A DNA stretch of 64,000 nucleotides from Antedon mediterranea. Taxonomy: Eukaryota; Animalia; Echinodermata. Within the stretch, counting starts at the first letter, position 1. The number at the start of each line of letters is the position of its first letter. Shown here piece by piece: positions 59,407-64,000 of the stretch. A program made the position numbers and the translations under genes. The DNA lies in assembly GCF_964355755.1 (NCBI RefSeq), contig NC_092670.1, positions 24,042,795-24,106,794 on the forward strand. Reading direction: 5' to 3'. The notes under the pieces are model-generated. The model searched no databases. It was not told the DNA's origin and saw nothing but the letters and a program-made list of their open reading frames with translations.

Positions 59407-60184
59407 TATTGGTTGTGTTTGTTGTTGGCTACTACAAATAGCCCCTGTTTTCATTTTGAACCAGTTTAATATTGTTGTTTAGTTTTCTAATTGATGTTTT
59501 TAGGGTGAGAATCCTAAAACGTTGGACTATTGATTATAAGCAAAATAAATGCTTTATTATTAATACAACACGATAGTTGTCATATTTAAGTTGCCCGTTA
59601 GGCAAACATCCTTATGAATGAATGTAGACTTTTGGAAATAAAGTTGTTTTATTGAAACTAACATTTCCGTCAATTATTTGGTTTACAGTTCAAACATGTT
59701 TCCAGAGTTGGCTTTAAACATCTCAGTTTACAGCGAACGTATATGAAATAAAATAGGAAGATTAAACGAGACTTACCTGTAAGTTGAAGTTTGATCACTA
59801 TTTTATGAATATGTGAGTGAGGTGTAAACTGCCCGCCTCAACCCACCCCAAGTAAAACAATTATTATTATAGAACAATGCAGGTTATCATATATATACTT
59901 ATCGCTGCAAATTATTACTCTGGACATGTTTGATTTAAAGTATGAGGGTGCGCGTGCGCGTTGGGATCTCAGTTTACACCTCACTGCACTCACATATTCA
60001 TAATTAATAGTGATCAAACTTCAACTTACAGGTAAGTCTCGTTTAATCTTCCTATTTTTTTGTATTCGAGGATGATATAGAATGCGTTCGCGTTTATACG
60101 CTTAATGCGCTGCGTTGCGTATCGTTCTCACGCAGATAGGCTCAACACACAGGCATAGCAGTGCGTATGTGCAGGGTAGGGCAT

Positions 60185-60730
60185 ATCTGGGGTGGATTGC
60201 TATAAAACAGTCTTAACTGATGGTCTTAACTCCCCGATTAAAGCCGGCTTTATCAGATAGACGGGCTTATTAAAGCCACTCCTGATAGGCCATTGCTATA
60301 AAACAGTCTTAAATAAGACCACGTAAAGTAACAAATTGAGGGCGTACTTTGCGCGTAGAATACCAAATAAGGTAATGTTCGTCCCGCTTGTTCAATTCAC
60401 AAATCATAACAGTACGTACATTTATACACGACAAAATCTATTCTAGGCCTAGCCTATATAAGAATAAAATCACCGTTATTATTTGATTTAACACTTAAAA
60501 CTCGTTCAATTGGTTATCTTTGACGATAAATAATACGTAAAAGCAACAAAAAGAGAGGGTTAAGACTGTTTTAAGACTCCTTCGAGTAGGCTTTAATTTT
60601 AAAGACCGTTTACAGGTTAGACCGCGGTATAGCAATGGTCTATAATATAAGACTACTTGCTACGTCACGAATTATAGCCGGCTAAGCGCTAAGACCGGTT
60701 ATAGACCGCTTATAGCAATCCGCCCCAGAT
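60185..60730. mobile_element. MITE with TIR of about 21 bp (ATCTGGGGTGGATTGCTATAA / TTATAGCAATCCGCCCCAGAT)
   Basis: TIRs plus repeated internal TTGCTATA..AGTCTTAA motifs. Confidence 0.8.
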
Positions 60731-61009
60731 TGGTCGATTGCAGCCGCCATCTTGTTGGTTCCCTCACGTCAAAGATAGTGTGAGTAGGAAGATGTTACAC
60801 TTCGCTCAAAAATTAGAGAACCACTCGAGATAGGGCGCCTCTCACGACGAGTAGGGATAGACGAATCTGAAACATGAGTTGCGCAATGGCAAAGCCTAAC
60901 GAAAATGGTGTTTTCGGCAATAAATTGTAAAAATAAGCCACAAAAAACGTCAAACAAACTTCTTTTTTGTTTTTATTATACAAAGTTAAAAATTAATATG
61001 ATGTTTTCA

Positions 61010-63396
61010 TACTCTAGTAGCTAGATCAACTTTCGTATGCACTTTGAGGTCCAGAGAATTTGACTTCAGAAATTGGTTTAGGGTGGTCAAACAATCATTT
61101 TTGGCTTGGTTACACATTTTTTAAATGTGGCGAAAGGTCAAAAGGTCAGGATGAAAGGTCATAAGACCAAACACCAATATGTCCTTAAATCTCAACAACC
61201 ACTGGCCACAGCGAGGTAATTTACAGTCTCAAATTGATCAGAAGGTATACATTTATATTCAGTCTAATGGAACATTTTAGTCAAAAATGACCGGAAATTT
61301 CTGACTTTTGACCCACAACCCAGGGCATGTATGTATCTCCGTTACTACTGGTCGTAGACACTTGAATTTAGTTTTAAATTGTTCGAAATATATATTTTGT
61401 TATTTTTTACACATTTTGAAAAATGTTACAAAAAGTCAAAGGGTCAGGTCAAGGGTTATATGAACAAATAAAAAAAGGTACTTGTATCTCGGCAACCACT
61501 GGTCGCAGCAAGTCAATTTTAGTCTTAAAATGTTCAAAAGGCATGTATTTATATTCCGTCTAATGGGGCATTTTAGTAAAAAATGATCAGAAATGCCATT
61601 TCTGACCTTTGACCCACATACCAGGGCATCTTCATGTCTCTGTAAGTACTGGTCGTAGAAACTTAAATTTGGTATCAAATTGTTAGAAATATACATATTT
61701 ATATTCATTGTAATAGAAAATGTGGTTAATAGATGAACAGAAATAGTACTACATATTACTAATGTTTCATACAAAAAACATATCTCTACACAACTTATCC
61801 TTAGACAGTAATGTTATGCAATAACTGATACTTTAAATTGTTTCAATTTCAAGTACTAGTTATTGCTGTCCCCGAGGACATTTTGATAGAAACGTCAAGC
61901 TCAACAGTTCTTTTCAGAATGCTAGTAACATGCCATAAGTATCCGATTAAACGCCCCGGGAATTTATTGTTTAAAAGGGTTTTTAGGGGGAGTGGAAGCA
62001 TCTTTATTTGGGGTATAATATGGGAATATGTTTAATCAAATAAATACCACCTAGATGTAAAAAAATACGGCACAATTGATATCAAAAAGTGATAAAATTA
62101 TGTCAAAATGCTTGGTAAATTGTAGATTACGGTAGTTAGTGAAATGTGTTGTGATACAATTATTGTGTAAATGCATGTGGCGGGGCGTTTATTCCGCATG
62201 ATGTTCTATTGGAGGGAATGGTGGCGTTTATTTGAGGGAGGCTTTTATTCAAAGCGAGTGTTTATTCGAATAAATACTCTAATTTTAATAATTATAATTC
62301 GTTTCTCAACTGATAAAAGGTACTTTACATGATTCGTTTTCCTCTTTATGCTTTTTAACGAAACGTTTCTGTATTTTAGAATAAAAGTGACACTGTCATA
62401 GAGCTATAATTGTGAATTTAAATCCGTTATATAAAATATTTAACGTATTCGAACGGGAAAAAAATCATTGACAGGCTATTATTTGTAATTTTATCTATAT
62501 ATTATCTTGGTTTTTTTCAAATTGGACATTCTCATTGCATTTGCCCTTTAAATGGATCTTCTCCTCCAGGTGCCAGTATAATGATATAAAATAATGACAC
62601 ATCATTATCCTGACACGATTGCACTCATAATGGATCTTCACTCTATCATCTGTTTGTTTGTGACTACAATTTGACAACACTCTTTTGCATATTCTTAAAT
62701 GCCAATACATAGTTTCATTGCTATTGTACAATATGTCCAGCTTTCCTGAAAACACCCTTGTGTGTACTGTAGTACAGTGTTGTAGTATGATTTTATCATG
62801 ATAACTTCTGATGCTTTTATTGTCAATGCATTCAGTACCTTAAACATGTCAACGTTTCTAGTGGTATTGATAATAAATCTCCAGAAATAAATATTGTTTT
62901 ATTATCTACACTGGGAACAGACGTGTATAATATACACTGACAAAACTTATACATATTATGTATAAGTTTTGTCGGTGACATTCAAAAATGTTATGCAAAT
63001 AACAAAATGTTTATTTCGAACAATTTAAGACCAAAGTCAAGTGTCTACGACCAGTAGTTACGGAGATACATACATGCCCTGGGGTGTGGGTCAAAGGTCA
63101 GAAATGGCATTTCCGGTCATTTTTGACTAAAATGTCCCATTAGACTGAATATAAATGTATACATTCTGATCAATTTGAGACCAAAATTACCTCGCTGTGA
63201 CCAGTGGTTATCGAGATTTAAGGACCTATTGGTGTTTAGTTTTATAACCTTTCACCCTGACCTTTTGACCTTTCGTCACATTTTCAAAATGTGTTACCAA
63301 GCCAATAATGATTGTTTGACCATCCTAAACCAATTTCTGAAGTCAAATTCTCTGGACCTCAAAGTGCATACGAAAGTTGATCTAGCTACTAGAGTA
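61010..63396. mobile_element. 2.4-kb foldback-like structure with inverted arms of about 380 bp
   Basis: 61010-61390 is the imperfect reverse complement of 63012-63396. A second diverged subunit lies at 61435-61700. No coding capacity seen. Confidence 0.7.
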
Positions 63397-63640
63397 ACTG
63401 TTTTTGGATCTTTTTAATTGTTAATACATTTATTTGGAGTGAGTTTTGGCATGACATGACTGTAAACACTGAGCTGAAATCAGGATGAGTCTTACGCGCG
63501 CCTGTAGACGCATTCATGAATGGATGCTGGTCATCTCGTACCCAAACCAACCCGTACCCATAAATAACAAGGCCAACAGCCATAAGTCGCGTGTTCTCAG
63601 AAAAAAATGAACTTTCAAAAAGTAATGTACTTTAAAACTT

Positions 63641-64000
63641 TTCTGTACATCAAAACAGTTCAAAAAGTACAGAAAAGCGATAAAACGCATAGTGATACCG
63701 GACCGACAGACAGACCGACCGACAGACCGACATAGTGAACTATTGAGTCGCGTCCACCCACGCGACTAATTGTCTGTACATCAAAACAGTTCAAAAAGTA
63801 CAGAAAAGCGATAAAACGCATAGTGATACCGGACCGACAGACAGACTGACAGACCGACAAACCGACTGACATAGTGAACTATAGAGTCGCGTCCACCCAC
63901 GCGACTAATTGTCTGTACATCAAAACAGTTCAAAAAGTACAGAAAAGCGATAAAACGCATAGTGATACCGGACCGACAGACAGACCGACAGACCGACCGG
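63641..64000 (-). repeat. Tandem repeat of about 135 bp resembling Helentron/HINE termini; runs off the window
   Basis: Units contain (GACA/GACC)n and the hairpin AGTCGCGT-ccaccc-ACGCGACT. Confidence 0.7.

Larger units (their letters stand above)
49552..60058 (+). mobile_element. Full-length, decayed DIRS1-type tyrosine-recombinase retrotransposon (about 5 kb once nested insertions are removed)
   Basis: Inverted terminal match 49573-49610 / 59941-59978. Internal complementary region 59720-59831 pairs with the left terminus and with right extension 59970-60058. Both ends carry ATTTT. Gene order gag, RT, RNase H, methyltransferase, YR. Confidence 0.93.

Noticed and set aside
49357-60768. Inverted CAAGATGGCGGC / GCCGCCATCTTG motifs flanking the DIRS as ends of a larger host element
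   Set aside because: Similarity is only about 20 bp around a common YY1-type motif; no target duplication or extended TIR seen.

Overview
AT-rich animal genomic DNA with spliceosomal introns and many transposons; a marine invertebrate is my inference. Three host genes are supported. (1) The last five coding exons of STUB1/CHIP (+, 281-8292). (2) A complete 10-exon C17orf75/Njmu-R1 orthologue (+, 20799-32466) with a U12-type AT-AC intron. (3) A convergent gene of about 19 exons (-, 46177-33405) for a roughly 2400-aa protein: signal peptide, EMI, EGF repeats, 2 Sushi, unannotated regions, 2 Ig, ephrin-receptor-like Cys repeat, TM. Its 4-kb exon encodes a mirror-symmetric cysteine ladder between two coiled coils, followed by a furin site. 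The right quarter holds a full-length but decayed DIRS1-type tyrosine-recombinase (YR) retrotransposon (49552-60058) with inverted ends and an internal complementary region. It is interrupted by four Harbinger-type MITEs, a Mutator-type MITE and a Helitron inserted next to the catalytic Tyr codon. The DIRS also shows a slippery heptamer, splice donor and splice acceptor whose phases could yield Gag-Pol, Gag and Gag-YR from one locus. Other elements: a 364-bp tandem repeat carrying a tRNA-like gene with an ATC anticodon, two minisatellites, LINE/SINE fragments, Helentron-like elements and many MITEs. All assignments are by eye; no searches were run.
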